Shown in pieces: positions 8,717 to 18,524 of a DNA stretch of 25,685 nt (positions are counted from its first letter, which is position 1; every line of letters begins with the position of its first letter). Under the pieces are notes generated by a model, which was not told the DNA's origin, ran no database searches, and worked only from the letters and a program-made list of their open reading frames with translations. The stretch is taken from NCBI GenBank assembly GCA_964533385.1, contig CAZHLO010000001.1, forward strand, positions 1 to 25,685, in the 5' to 3' direction. The translations under genes were made by a program, and so were the position numbers. The stretch is from an uncultured Dehalococcoidales bacterium (GTDB lineage: Bacteria > Chloroflexota > Dehalococcoidia > Dehalococcoidales > BS750m-G39).

Positions 8717-10540
8717 TCACTGGTGACTGGGGAATAACTCCGAGACCTGTTTAGCTATTCCTTCAGCATCAAGACTATACTTAGAACGAAGGAAAGCTTG
8801 AGTTCCTTGCTCCACAAACTCATCAGGGATACCAATGCTTTTTACCCGGATATCATTGACACCTGATTTTTGGAGAAGGTCAACTACACTATTGCCGAAG
8901 CCGCCGCTGAGAGCATTCTCTTCAACGGTAACCAGGCGCTTAATATGACTAGCCAGGTCTATTATAAGTTCAGAGTCCAGCGGCTTGGCAAAACGGGCGT
9001 TAACCACTGTGGCTTCAATTCCCTTTGAAGCTAGCTCCTGGGCAGCCTCAAAAGCCGAAGCTACAGTGGTTCCTATAGCTAATATGACGACATCTTTGCC
9101 CTGCCTCACTATTTCTCCTTTGCCTATGGGAATCTCATGCAACACCGGGTCTAATTCTACTCCCAAACCAGAGCCTCGGGGGTATCGTATCGCCATAGGG
9201 TGTTTTGACTTCACTGCTGTGTAGAGCAAGTGCTGAAGCTCATTCTCATCCTTGGGTGCAGCTACTATCAGATTAGGAATAAATATTAGATAGGAGATGT
9301 CAAAAGTCCCCTGATGCGTCTTCCCATCTTCGCCAACAATGCCACTGCGGTCAATAGCAAAAGTAACGGGCAAATCCTGAAGGCAAACATCGTGTATAAG
9401 CTGGTCAAGAGCACGCTGCAGAAAAGTGGAGTATATAGCCACAATAGGTATGAAACCTTGTGTCGCCAACCCAGCAGCAAAGGTAACGGCGTGCTGCTCA
9501 CAGATTCCCACATCAAACACTCGCTGCGGGAACTCAGCCGCAACTATATCCAGACAATTTCCCTCAGGCATAGCCGGGGTAATCGCCACCAGCTGGGGAT
9601 TTTCACGAGCCAGGCGAAGCACAGTCTGGGCAAATACCTCACTGTAACTTGGTATCGCTTTAGTGCTGGCACCTTTAACTGGCACGCCGTGAAAATAAAC
9701 AGCATCACCTTCGGCGGGAAGATAGCCTTTGCCCTTGGTGGTAATAACATGAACGAAAGTTGGCTTGGTGCGGTAATCCCGTGCCTGAGTAAAAGCTGTT
9801 TCCAGTTCGGCAATGTTATGCCCGTTGATAGGTCCCATGTAGGTGAAGCCGAGCTCTTCCCAGAGCACTGTGGGCATAATTAAGCCCTTGAATACATTCC
9901 TAACCCGTTGAATTGCTTGCCATAGCCATCTGCCGCCAGGGATAGAATCCAGTACCCGCTTGCTTTCCTCTCTTGCCCAGCGGTAGCGGTAGTCAAACCG
10001 CACTCGACTCAACAGTTTAGCCAAGGCTCCAACCGTGGGTGAAATTGACATCCCATTATCATTTAGAATCACGCAAATCCTGGAACTCAAGTGTCCCACC
10101 TGGTTTAGTGCCTCAAGAGCCATCCCTCCAGTTATAGCCCCGTCACCGATAATAGCAACCACATGGTAGTCATCGCCAGAAAGGTCACGAGCGATAGCCA
10201 TACCGAGGGCAGCAGAAACAGAAGTGCTGGCATGACCGGCACCAAATGGGTCATGCTCACTCTCACTGCGGCTGGTAAAACCGGATAGTCCGCCATACTG
10301 ACGAAGAGAGGCGAAGCGCTGTCTTCTGCCAGTGAGCAGTTTGTGAACATAGCTTTGATGTCCCACATCCCAGATAATCTTGTCCCGTGGGCTATCAAAC
10401 ACACGATGTAAGGCTATAGTAAGCTCAACCGCACCTAGATTGGAAGCTAGATGACCTCCATTAGCAGTTACTGTAGCCACCAGCTCCTGTCTAATCTCAG
10501 CCGCCAGTTGACCGAGCTCTTCTTTTTTCAGCCCTTTCAA
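8717..10540 (-). CDS. dxs: 1-deoxy-D-xylulose-5-phosphate synthase
   Basis: GGHLASNLGAVEL, WDVGHQSY.HK, GAGHASTS, GDGAITGGMALEALN, LNDN, GICEQHAV, YSTFLQR, DGKTHQG. Homology-like sequence extends 5' to about 10576 (see findings). Confidence 0.98.
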   Translation of the reverse strand: MKGLKKEELGQLAAEIRQELVATVTANGGHLASNLGAVELTIALHRVFDSPRDKIIWDVGHQSYVHKLLTGRRQRFASLRQYGGLSGFTSRSESEHDPFGAGHASTSVSAALGMAIARDLSGDDYHVVAIIGDGAITGGMALEALNQVGHLSSRICVILNDNGMSISPTVGALAKLLSRVRFDYRYRWAREESKRVLDSIPGGRWLWQAIQRVRNVFKGLIMPTVLWEELGFTYMGPINGHNIAELETAFTQARDYRTKPTFVHVITTKGKGYLPAEGDAVYFHGVPVKGASTKAIPSYSEVFAQTVLRLARENPQLVAITPAMPEGNCLDIVAAEFPQRVFDVGICEQHAVTFAAGLATQGFIPIVAIYSTFLQRALDQLIHDVCLQDLPVTFAIDRSGIVGEDGKTHQGTFDISYLIFIPNLIVAAPKDENELQHLLYTAVKSKHPMAIRYPRGSGLGVELDPVLHEIPIGKGEIVRQGKDVVILAIGTTVASAFEAAQELASKGIEATVVNARFAKPLDSELIIDLASHIKRLVTVEENALSGGFGNSVVDLLQKSGVNDIRVKSIGIPDEFVEQGTQAFLRSKYSLDAEGIAKQVSELFPSHQ

Positions 10541-10616
10541 ATCTGCGGGGTTATCTATTCTGTCTAATAGTCTCAGTGTTATTACCTACTCACCACCGGA
10601 TTGGGAAGTTAACCTC

Positions 10617-10645
10617 ATACTAGCATTTTGTCTAATTTTTGGCAA
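10617..10645 (-). promoter_or_regulatory. Sigma70-type promoter for dxs
   Basis: TTGCCA - 17 nt - TAGTAT with an extended TG. Confidence 0.55.
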
Positions 10646-10700
10646 TTGTTGTTGAGCAGCTTGGTAGGGTTAAATTGTTCCAGCTTGCATCTTAGAGGAT

Positions 10701-11426
10701 TTACAGCACCTTGCTCAGGAATGACATAGTACGCTTGTGGCGAGAGGTTAACAATTTTTCTGGAGTGGCTTCTTCAATAATCTGCCCTTCGTCCATCAGA
10801 ATCATGCGGTCGCCAGCGGCGCGAGCAAATCCCATCTCATGTGAAACTACAACCATAGTCATTCCCTCTTTAGCCAAGGCTAACATCACATCCAAAACCT
10901 CTTTAATCATCTCTGGGTCAAGGGCACTGGTTGGCTCATCGAAGAGCATGATTTTGGGATTCATTGCCAGGGCTCGCGCAATAGCCACGCGCTGCTGCTG
11001 CCCACCGGAGAGTTGAATAGGGTAAGCTTGAGCCTTATCTGGAATTCCTACTTTGGTCAACAGGTCGATGGCGATTTTCTCTGATTCCTCTCTGGAGCGT
11101 TTGCGCACAGTGCGTTGTGCCAGCACCAGGTTGTCGATTACTTTAAGGTGAGAAAATAGATTAAACGACTGAAAAACCATCCCAATTTCTTGACGAACGA
11201 CATTGATATTCTGGGCATCGTCCAAAGTAATACCATCTACTACAATTTTACCTTCATCATATTCCTCGAGGCGATTTATACAGCGTAGCAAGGTGGACTT
11301 GCCGGAGCCGGAAGGACCGATAATGACCACAACTTCGCCCCTATACACATCCAGGCTCAGTCCTCGCAGGGCATAAACTCTGCCGAAGTGCTTGTGAACA
11401 TTTTCGATATGGATTATTGGTTCCAT
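10701..11426 (-). CDS. Polar amino-acid ABC transporter ATP-binding protein (GlnQ-like)
   Basis: [53 protein letters not shown]. Confidence 0.96.
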   Translation of the reverse strand: MEPIIHIENVHKHFGRVYALRGLSLDVYRGEVVVIIGPSGSGKSTLLRCINRLEEYDEGKIVVDGITLDDAQNINVVRQEIGMVFQSFNLFSHLKVIDNLVLAQRTVRKRSREESEKIAIDLLTKVGIPDKAQAYPIQLSGGQQQRVAIARALAMNPKIMLFDEPTSALDPEMIKEVLDVMLALAKEGMTMVVVSHEMGFARAAGDRMILMDEGQIIEEATPEKLLTSRHKRTMSFLSKVL

Positions 11427-11431
11427 TGTAC

Positions 11432-12259
11432 TTATCTTTCAAAATGAGTCTTTTTCTCGAGCCAGGATACTCCACGAGCCGAAAGCAAGGTCATTATCAA
11501 ATATAACAAGGCGACCATTGTCCACACCTCGATTGGGTTGAAGTGTGTTGCCATAAATTCACGCCCCCGGCGGGTCAAATCGGCGACCGCTACCACACTG
11601 ACCAGGGATGAATCTTTGAGCAAAGAAATAAACTCGTTGCCCACTGGTGGCAGAATTACGCGGATCGACTGGGGTAAGATTACGTGACGCATTGACTGAA
11701 AATGTGTCATACCTAAGCTGCGCGCCGCTTCCATCTGGCCTTTGGGGATACTCTGAATACCAGCCCGGTAGATCTCGCTCATATAGGCTCCATAGCAGAC
11801 GGTTAGGCCGATAATTGCGGTAAAAATCGGGTTAGCTTGGTAATTAGTCATAAAATCGAGGTTGAGCCAGTCTCCAATTTTTTGAATCACTACCGGAAAG
11901 GCGAAATACCACCAGATTAACTGGACAAGGAGAGGAATACCTCGGACTATTTCAACGTAGAGTGAGGCCAAGCCGCGAAAAACCCGGTTCCGTGATATCC
12001 GTCCTATACCCCCCAGCAAGCCCAATATCAGAATTAATATAAATGAGGTCACGGTGACGGAGATAGTTACGACTAAACCGTCACGTACAAAGAGGAAGAT
12101 ATGCCAAAAGGGGTCGGACCATACCGTAACCAGAATTATCGCCAGGACAACCACCAAAGCCACCAGCCCCCACCACGGGTCAATGCGGGTGAATGTCTCA
12201 CCGCCAGGAATATAAAAAAGTCTACCCCCGCTGGGTCGAGGTTTCGGTTTTTCTGCCAT
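11432..12259 (-). CDS. Polar amino-acid ABC transporter permease
   Basis: [39 protein letters not shown] (EAA loop), [12 protein letters not shown]. Confidence 0.95.
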   Translation of the reverse strand: MAEKPKPRPSGGRLFYIPGGETFTRIDPWWGLVALVVVLAIILVTVWSDPFWHIFLFVRDGLVVTISVTVTSFILILILGLLGGIGRISRNRVFRGLASLYVEIVRGIPLLVQLIWWYFAFPVVIQKIGDWLNLDFMTNYQANPIFTAIIGLTVCYGAYMSEIYRAGIQSIPKGQMEAARSLGMTHFQSMRHVILPQSIRVILPPVGNEFISLLKDSSLVSVVAVADLTRRGREFMATHFNPIEVWTMVALLYLIMTLLSARGVSWLEKKTHFER

Positions 12260-12321
12260 TAGACCCCTTGAAACGGCTTATATACCCCTCTCAACGACCC
12301 CACCAATATGCTTTAAGTTAA

Positions 12322-13065
12322 TTACTGGCCGACAAGCCATTTATCAATCAGTTCTTCAATCAGCCCTTCGTCGATAACAGCGGCCAAGCCTGAGTTGATT
12401 TTTTCCAGCAGCTCGGTATTGGTCTTGCATACGGCGATGCCGTAAAATTCGCTGGTGAAGACCTCGCCAGCAGTCTTGAGCTTATCCGGGTTCCTGCCGA
12501 CATAGCCTAAGGTCAGAGGGCTATCGGCGATAACGGCGTCAATCTGTCCGTTCATCAGATCCTGGAAAGCCAGACCGATGTCATCATATGTCTTGAGAGT
12601 GGCGCCGGCTATCTTTTCCACTTCAAAGGAACCGGTGGTTCCGATTTGCGCCCCGACGACCTTACCCCCCAGGTCATCTTTGCTAGCGATGTCAGTATTG
12701 TCAATGCGCACTGCGACCAGCTGCCCCGCCTCGAAATAGGGGTCGGAGAAGAGCATTTCTTCCGCGCGCTCTGGTAAAATGGTAATGGACGAAATGGCAG
12801 CATCATACGTGCACTGAGCCATCCCGGCTAAGAGTGGGTCCCAGGCTACGTTGACAAACTCGATATCAAGGTCTTCCTTTTCGGCGATGGCTGTCATCAG
12901 GTCAATGTCAAAGCCTACAATCTCCATAGTTTCTTCATCGACATACTCAAATGGTGGCCAGGTGGCATCGGTGGCGATACGGATTTTTGCTGCCTCTTGA
13001 GCACAGCCGGGTAATAGGGCGAATAGTATCAGCCCTATCAAGACAAACCCAAAAAGATATTTCAT
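12322..13065 (-). CDS. Polar/basic amino-acid ABC transporter substrate-binding lipoprotein
   Basis: Lipobox LPGC, ATDATWPPFE, GFDIDL, ITILPER, FSDPY, GAQIGTTG. Start at ATG 13065 after the SD-like GGGGG. Confidence 0.93.
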   Translation of the reverse strand: MKYLFGFVLIGLILFALLPGCAQEAAKIRIATDATWPPFEYVDEETMEIVGFDIDLMTAIAEKEDLDIEFVNVAWDPLLAGMAQCTYDAAISSITILPERAEEMLFSDPYFEAGQLVAVRIDNTDIASKDDLGGKVVGAQIGTTGSFEVEKIAGATLKTYDDIGLAFQDLMNGQIDAVIADSPLTLGYVGRNPDKLKTAGEVFTSEFYGIAVCKTNTELLEKINSGLAAVIDEGLIEELIDKWLVGQ

Positions 13066-13100
13066 ATTTCCCCCTTTCTTTTTGTGAAAGTTTAGCACAT

Positions 13101-13583
13101 TCAGGTTACGCTGTCTATGCTTTTATCATGTAAATTGGGGCCATCATAAGCATAATCCTTGCCTCCCATCCGTTTGGTAAATCTGGGACTAAGGAGAATA
13201 GCCTGGAACAGAATTGGTTCATTGATAATTCGAAAATTCAGGGGGCAATGTAACAGACCTTTAGGGATGAAGATAATAGTAGCTTCATTGATAAGATGAT
13301 ATTCCTGTTCCTTTCCAATCCAGAAATCGACCTCGGCCTTAAAACTGCTGAATACATCCGGCAGTTTGCTTCCTAGGAAAATGAGATACTCATCAACGTC
13401 ATGAGTATGGGGTTCTTTCTCTAAATGTATCGGCCGAGTGAATACTTGCCAGCCCATATTGAGATTGGCTCCCGGGATTTGTCGGGCACCCCTGAAGTAT
13501 GCCTGGGGACTGGCTAGAAAAGGCAGATTCATTGTTTCCTTGAATTCGGTCAGAAAAAGTGAACCATATTTAGCGCCTGCCAT
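13101..13583 (-). CDS. Cupin-fold metal-binding protein of unknown function
   Basis: Cupin motif 1 HTHDVDEYLIFLG and motif 2 IPKGLLHCPLN. SD AAGGAG before ATG 13583. Confidence 0.75.
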   Translation of the reverse strand: MAGAKYGSLFLTEFKETMNLPFLASPQAYFRGARQIPGANLNMGWQVFTRPIHLEKEPHTHDVDEYLIFLGSKLPDVFSSFKAEVDFWIGKEQEYHLINEATIIFIPKGLLHCPLNFRIINEPILFQAILLSPRFTKRMGGKDYAYDGPNLHDKSIDSVT

Positions 13584-13701
13584 TTGTTTTGTCTCCTTTC
13601 GTTTTAGTGTCAATTTGACTTATCTATTCAAATACCGCATTCTTTAATATCCTGTCAAGGTGTGGCTACCTTGATTGCCAAGCTAATCTTTTTGAGCCAA
13701 C

Positions 13702-13730
13702 TTGACGTTAAAGTATTGCTTTGTTACACT
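13702..13730 (+). promoter_or_regulatory. Sigma70-type promoter for dedA
   Basis: TTGACG - 17 nt - TACACT with TG upstream of the -10. Confidence 0.6.
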
Positions 13731-13736
13731 GCTACG

Positions 13737-14369
13737 GTGTACTCTCTAGAGCAAGATTTACTCCACCTTATAAGCCTTATCTATACCTCAGTGCAATGGC
13801 CAGGAGTGGTGGCACTTATGGCCGTAGAAAGCGCTTGCATTCCTCTACCGAGTGAACTAATTATGCCCCTTGCTGGCTGGATGCTTATTAAAGACCAGTC
13901 GTTACCGGCTATATATACGCTGGTAGCTGGTGCGTATGGGGCTCTAGGTTGTCTTATTGGCTCTGTTATCGCTTACACGGTAGGTATGTGGGGTGGCCGT
14001 CCCTTTTTGGAGAAATACGGGAAGTATATTCTTATATCTCGCCATGACCTTGACTTGTCTGACCGATGGTTTAACCGGCATGGTAGCTGGTCAATTTTCG
14101 TCTCCCGGCTGCTACCGATAGTGCGTACCTTTATCAGTCTCCCTGCCGGGATATCCAGGACGCACTTTGGCAAGTTTTTAATCTATACCTTTATAGGCTC
14201 TTTCATCTGGTGTGCCGGCTTAGCTTACGGAGGTTACCAACTGGGAGAGCACTGGGAGCAAATACGAGTTATCATGCGCCCCTTCGACCCTCTTATTATA
14301 ACGATAATTATAGCGCTTATTGCTTTCTACATTTATAGACACGTGAAATCGTCTAAGATTACTGACTAG
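13737..14369 (+). CDS. DedA family membrane protein
   Basis: LMAVESACIPLPSEL, GGRPF, SRLLPIVRTFISLPAG, F..YTFIGS.IW. Start placed at GTG 13737 from the promoter position; the ORF track start at 13662 lies upstream of the promoter. Confidence 0.92.
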   Translation: MYSLEQDLLHLISLIYTSVQWPGVVALMAVESACIPLPSELIMPLAGWMLIKDQSLPAIYTLVAGAYGALGCLIGSVIAYTVGMWGGRPFLEKYGKYILISRHDLDLSDRWFNRHGSWSIFVSRLLPIVRTFISLPAGISRTHFGKFLIYTFIGSFIWCAGLAYGGYQLGEHWEQIRVIMRPFDPLIITIIIALIAFYIYRHVKSSKITD

Positions 14370-14394
14370 GAACTAAAATACCCTCAAAGCTATC

Positions 14395-14424
14395 TTGACC
14401 TTTCCCTGCGCCTCGTGCTACATT
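14395..14424 (+). promoter_or_regulatory. Promoter for tRNA-Arg
   Basis: TTGACC - 18 nt - TACATT with an extended TG. Confidence 0.5.
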
Positions 14425-14441
14425 TGAGTAATAGATGGCTT

Positions 14442-14515
14442 GTCCCTGTAGCTCAGTTGGACAGAGCAGCTGCCTTCTAAGCAGCGGGTCGTGGGTTCGA
14501 ATCCCTCCAGGGACG
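14442..14515 (+). tRNA. tRNA-Arg (anticodon TCT), CCA not encoded
   Basis: Acceptor stem GTCCCTG/CAGGGAC, D-arm GCTC/GAGC, anticodon stem GCTGC/GCAGC with loop CT-TCT-AA, T-loop TTCGAAT. Confidence 0.96.
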
Positions 14516-14580
14516 CTAGTTTAGCTACAAAAGAAGTTAACCACGTATGTGAAGAGACCGCCAGCACTCAGGGATTCAGG

Positions 14581-15558
14581 TTAAGCATAGTGATGGCATT
14601 TGACCTGTTGCTGCCCTATTACCCTTGCCTCTGGCACGACTTTCGAACATATATCCTTGGCCTCGGTGCAACGAGTGTGGAATCGGCACCCGGGAGGAGG
14701 ATTCAAGGGCGAAGGCATCTCCCCACTCAATATTATCTTTTCTACCCCTTTGTCTTCATCCTCAGGCAATGTCAAGAGCGACGCTGATATCAATGCCCTC
14801 GTGTAGGGATGCAGGGGGTGTTCAAATAGCTCTTCGGCTTCACCGTATTCCACTATCTGCCCCAGATACATTATGGCCACGGTATGGCTCATATAGCGCA
14901 CCGTGGCCAGGTTATGGGCGATAACCAGATAGCTTAGATTATACTGCCCTTGAAGGTCTTTCAGCAGGTTCATAATCTGTGCCCGAATCGAGACGTCCAG
15001 GGCCGAAACAGGCTCGTCTAGCACAACCAGGCTGGGGTTCAACGCCAGAGCACGTGCCACAGCTATCCGCTGCCGCTGCCCCCCACTGAACTCATGCGGG
15101 TAGAGCTCGGCATGTTCTGGCCTGAGCCCCACCTCCTCAAGCAACTCCGATACCCGATCCCGGAGCTGCTGCTTCGATTGCTTTTTGTTCACCACCAGCG
15201 GCTCGGCGATGATATCCCTTACCTTCATCCTCGGATTCATGGAGCTCCAGGGGTTCTGTTGTACCGAACCTAACTGGGGCCGATATTCCGTCTTAATCCG
15301 CGCGGGGGAAAAATGGCTTAAGTCCTCTCCCTCGAAGAGAATAGTCCCCGAGGTTGGCTTTTCCTGCAATAGCACTGCCTTGGCGGTGGTCGTCTTCCCT
15401 GCGCCCGATTCACCAACCAGGCTTAAGGTCTTGCTCCGTTCTATGGTGAACGAAATGCCATCCACCGCCCTTACCCAGCCGACGGTGCGCTGGAGAAGAC
15501 CCCGGGTAACAGGGTAGTACTTCTTCAGGTCGCGCCCCTCCAACAGAACATCAGCCAT
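14581..15558 (-). CDS. Opp/Dpp-type ABC transporter ATP-binding subunit (OppF/DppF-like)
   Basis: GESGAGKT, YPHEFSGGQRQR, LDEPVSALD, HPLHPYT, C-terminal PPGCRFHTRC...C...CH. Confidence 0.95.
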   Translation of the reverse strand: MADVLLEGRDLKKYYPVTRGLLQRTVGWVRAVDGISFTIERSKTLSLVGESGAGKTTTAKAVLLQEKPTSGTILFEGEDLSHFSPARIKTEYRPQLGSVQQNPWSSMNPRMKVRDIIAEPLVVNKKQSKQQLRDRVSELLEEVGLRPEHAELYPHEFSGGQRQRIAVARALALNPSLVVLDEPVSALDVSIRAQIMNLLKDLQGQYNLSYLVIAHNLATVRYMSHTVAIMYLGQIVEYGEAEELFEHPLHPYTRALISASLLTLPEDEDKGVEKIILSGEMPSPLNPPPGCRFHTRCTEAKDICSKVVPEARVIGQQQVKCHHYA

Positions 15559-15561
15559 AAG

Positions 15562-16530
15562 CTATTTCACCTTCCAACATGATACGAAGTGTCCCTCAGT
15601 GATTTCTTTCTCGGCGGGCTCTTGCTGGCGGCAAATATCTTCGGCGACGGGGCAGCGGGGGAAGAATCGGCAGCCGGGAGGCAAATCCCTTAATGATGGA
15701 GGCTGCCCCTTGATTGAGTACAGCCGCTCGTCCTTATGGTCCAAGCGAGGCACAGAGTTCATCAGGGCGCTGGTGTAAGGATGTTTGGGGGTTTTGAATA
15801 TTTCCCGTGTCGTAGCCGTCTCGACGATTTTACCGGCGTACATCACTGCTACCCGATGGCACATCTGGGCTATGACTCCGAAGTCGTGGGTAATATAGAT
15901 TATGGCCACATTTGTCTTCTTTTGGATATCCTTAAACAGGGCCATGTACTGGGCCTGTATGGTGGCATCGAGAGCGGTTGTGGGCTCATCGGCGATGAGC
16001 AGGCGTGGGTGGCAAGACATGGCGATTGCTCCCGCCACTCGCTGCCTCATCCCTCCGCTCAGCTGAAAAGGATATTGCCGGAGAAGTGTCTCGGGCGAGG
16101 GAATATTTAGCAACCGCAGTGCTGAAATGACCTCCTGCTCAACCATCTCACCCTGAAGGCCCTGGTGCAATCGCACCGCTTCACCTATCTGGTCGCCGAT
16201 GGTGTAGACTGGGTTGAGCGAAGTCATTGGGTCCTGGAGGATCATCGAAATTATTCTACCACGGTACTTCCTCATCTCCTCCTTATCCAGCTCCAGGAGA
16301 TTCGTTCCATCCAGGATGACCTTTCCCTCAACGATCCTGCCCGCAGGCTCCGGAAGCAAACGAAGGATTGACAGAGCGGTTACCGTCTTCCCGCAAGCGG
16401 ATTCACCGACTAGTCCGAAGGTCTCTCCCTCACGCACATAGAAACTGACGCCGTCGACGGCCTTGACCACACCCCTCCGGGTGAAGAAGAAGCTGTGCAG
16501 GTCCTCTACTTGAAGAATTATCTTGCTCAT
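15562..16530 (-). CDS. Opp/Dpp-type ABC transporter ATP-binding subunit (OppD/DppD-like)
   Basis: GESACGKT, QDPMTSLNP, LSGGMRQR, ADEPTTALD, THDFGV, PPGCRFFPRC. Confidence 0.95.
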   Translation of the reverse strand: MSKIILQVEDLHSFFFTRRGVVKAVDGVSFYVREGETFGLVGESACGKTVTALSILRLLPEPAGRIVEGKVILDGTNLLELDKEEMRKYRGRIISMILQDPMTSLNPVYTIGDQIGEAVRLHQGLQGEMVEQEVISALRLLNIPSPETLLRQYPFQLSGGMRQRVAGAIAMSCHPRLLIADEPTTALDATIQAQYMALFKDIQKKTNVAIIYITHDFGVIAQMCHRVAVMYAGKIVETATTREIFKTPKHPYTSALMNSVPRLDHKDERLYSIKGQPPSLRDLPPGCRFFPRCPVAEDICRQQEPAEKEITEGHFVSCWKVK

Positions 16531-17426
16531 AGCTGTCTTAGTCTCGGGTCCAGCCTATCACGAAGCCAGTCACCCAGGAAGTTTCCGGACATCACCACCA
16601 TCCCGATAAGTATGCCAGGGAATGTAGAAATCCACCAGGCACTATCGAGGCTGTTTCTGCCGTCAGCCACCATGGAGCCCCATGATGGCACTGGCGGTGG
16701 AATACCGATACCAAGGTAGCTCATCGCCGATTCTGCCAGAATCATGGCACCTACACTAAGAGTTATACCTACTATTAAAATGTTAAGAATATTCGGGAAA
16801 ATATGCCGGAGCATGATTCTCCCTGGAGACACGCCGATTACTTGCGCCTGTGCTACAAAGTCGGAAGTGCTTATCCTCAAAGCCTCACCGCGTATGATAC
16901 GCGCGTAACCGGCCCAGCCCAATGCTGACAACGCGAATATAACGGTAAAAAATCCCGGTCCGAGGCTGACAGCAAGCAATATAGCCAGGAGAAGAGCGGG
17001 AAATGACAAGGCTACATCGACCACCCTCATAATAAAGGCATCGGTGCGTCCTCCCATGTAGCCTGAGAATATCCCTAATGCTGTACCCACAATAGCGGTA
17101 ATGGCTATCGCCAGTAACGAAACGCTAAGCGATACTCTGGCCCCATAGATAGCGCGGCTTAAGATATCTCTTCCCAGCGTATCTGTTCCCAGAAGATGCT
17201 TTGTAGAGCCACCCTCACACCAGGCCGGCGGCGTTAGCCTTTCCGGAAGAGCAGTCTTGTTGTAGGGGTAAGGTGCCAGGACATCGGCGAATATTGCGGT
17301 AAAAATCAGCACGGCAAGTACAGTCACCGGGAGAATCATCACCAAGTCTCTTGAAATTCGCCCCCAGCGTGTCATACCCCGGTATTGTTTTTTATTTTTA
17401 GTTTTTCTTTTAAAAATCGTTACCAT
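16527..17426 (-). CDS. Opp/Dpp-type ABC permease (OppC/DppC-like)
   Basis: HLLGTDTLGRDILSR, EAA-like loop FVAQAQVIG, RHIFPN, ESAMSYLG, PSWGSM. Confidence 0.95.
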   Translation of the reverse strand: MVTIFKRKTKNKKQYRGMTRWGRISRDLVMILPVTVLAVLIFTAIFADVLAPYPYNKTALPERLTPPAWCEGGSTKHLLGTDTLGRDILSRAIYGARVSLSVSLLAIAITAIVGTALGIFSGYMGGRTDAFIMRVVDVALSFPALLLAILLAVSLGPGFFTVIFALSALGWAGYARIIRGEALRISTSDFVAQAQVIGVSPGRIMLRHIFPNILNILIVGITLSVGAMILAESAMSYLGIGIPPPVPSWGSMVADGRNSLDSAWWISTFPGILIGMVVMSGNFLGDWLRDRLDPRLRQL

Positions 17427-17444
17427 AGCCAGATGCTTGCCTTT

Positions 17445-18368
17445 TTAGGTTCTCTCGTATCTGATCTGAGGGTCGACCCAGGCATAAGCGATATCTACAA
17501 GGAAGTTCATGCCCAGTACCATGACGGCCACTATAATCGTGATGGCCTGCACTACCGGGAAATCACGACCGAAGGCAGATTCTACTGCCAATTTACCCAT
17601 GCCCGGCCAGTTAAAAATATTCTCCGTTATTACAGCGCCAGTGACTAATCCCGCTAACATCATACCGGCTACGGTCATCGGTGCTGTCACGGCATTACGC
17701 AGGGCGTGTTTCCAGATAACGATCCTTTCAGGGAGTCCCTTGATTCTCGCTAGCTTGATATATTCGCTATCAAGCACATCCAGCATGGTGGAGCGAACCA
17801 GACGCATCATGCCCGGCAGCATGAAGAACATCATTGTGCCTACCGGCAGTATATAGTATTCTATGCCGCCCATGCCGGCGGCTGGTAGTAATTGGAAGTG
17901 AACGGAAAATACCAGCACAGCCATAATAGCCAGCCAGAAGCCGGGTAGCGCCTGCCCCAAAATGGCCAGGAACTTCACCCCGTTATCAAAAATTGAATCG
18001 CGCCTAGTGGCGGCCAGCACCCCCAGCGCTATAGCTATAACCGTGCCTAAAACCAATGAAGGTATACCTAATTTCAGCGTATTCGGCAGCGCATTGCCAA
18101 GCATCTCCGTTACAGGAATCCTCTTAACGAATGACTCGCCGAGATCACCGTGTGCCAGGTCTTTGAGGTAAATCCAGAACTGTTCGGTGTAGGACTTGTC
18201 CAGCCCGAGTTGCTTCTGTAAAACTTCTACCTCTGATTGAGTAGATAAGGGGGATATCATGAACAGTACCGGGTTGCCGGAAATCCGCACCAAGAAAAAG
18301 ACTATTACAATTATGCCGAACAGGGCGAGGATCATCTGAAATAGTCTGACTACGATAAAGCGTGTCAT
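17445..18368 (-). CDS. Opp/Dpp-type ABC permease (OppB/DppB-like)
   Basis: GDLGES, PGFW, EYIKLARIKGL, HALRN, ENIFNWPGMG, RDFPVVQ. Confidence 0.95.
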   Translation of the reverse strand: MTRFIVVRLFQMILALFGIIVIVFFLVRISGNPVLFMISPLSTQSEVEVLQKQLGLDKSYTEQFWIYLKDLAHGDLGESFVKRIPVTEMLGNALPNTLKLGIPSLVLGTVIAIALGVLAATRRDSIFDNGVKFLAILGQALPGFWLAIMAVLVFSVHFQLLPAAGMGGIEYYILPVGTMMFFMLPGMMRLVRSTMLDVLDSEYIKLARIKGLPERIVIWKHALRNAVTAPMTVAGMMLAGLVTGAVITENIFNWPGMGKLAVESAFGRDFPVVQAITIIVAVMVLGMNFLVDIAYAWVDPQIRYERT

Positions 18369-18389
18369 CTCATGATTTCCCTGTAAAAA

Positions 18390-18418
18390 ATCATACTCTA
18401 GTCAATTGAGTGTGTCAA
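18390..18418 (-). promoter_or_regulatory. Internal sigma70 promoter for the permease/ATPase genes
   Basis: TTGACA - 17 nt - TATGAT, about 20 nt before the oppB-like start. Confidence 0.65.
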
Positions 18419-18524
18419 ATATCGTCATTTACGGGCATAATGCTTTAATTACCTGTAGATGCACAAAATCAGCAAAAAATACCCCCCTTACCTGAGAAAC
18501 TTCTAAAAACAACCATCACTATAC

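Noticed and set aside
9314-9883. 189-aa plus-strand ORF inside dxs
   Set aside because: Antisense shadow of a conserved gene, with no recognisable motifs or SD.
12285-12301. 14/17 match (GGGGTCGTTGAGAGGGG) to the start of the 514-595 hairpin element; also CGAAGCCCC near 20367
   Set aside because: Short, G-run dominated and lacking the stems, so indistinguishable from chance without a genome-wide model.
14491-14787. ORF beginning inside tRNA-Arg; likewise the ORF at 24376-24582 inside tRNA-Lys
   Set aside because: They overlap well-formed tRNA genes and have no protein features.
16380-16410. Walker A GESACGKT in the OppD-like ATPase instead of GESGxGK
   Set aside because: It still fits GxxxxGK(T/S), and the other ABC motifs are intact.
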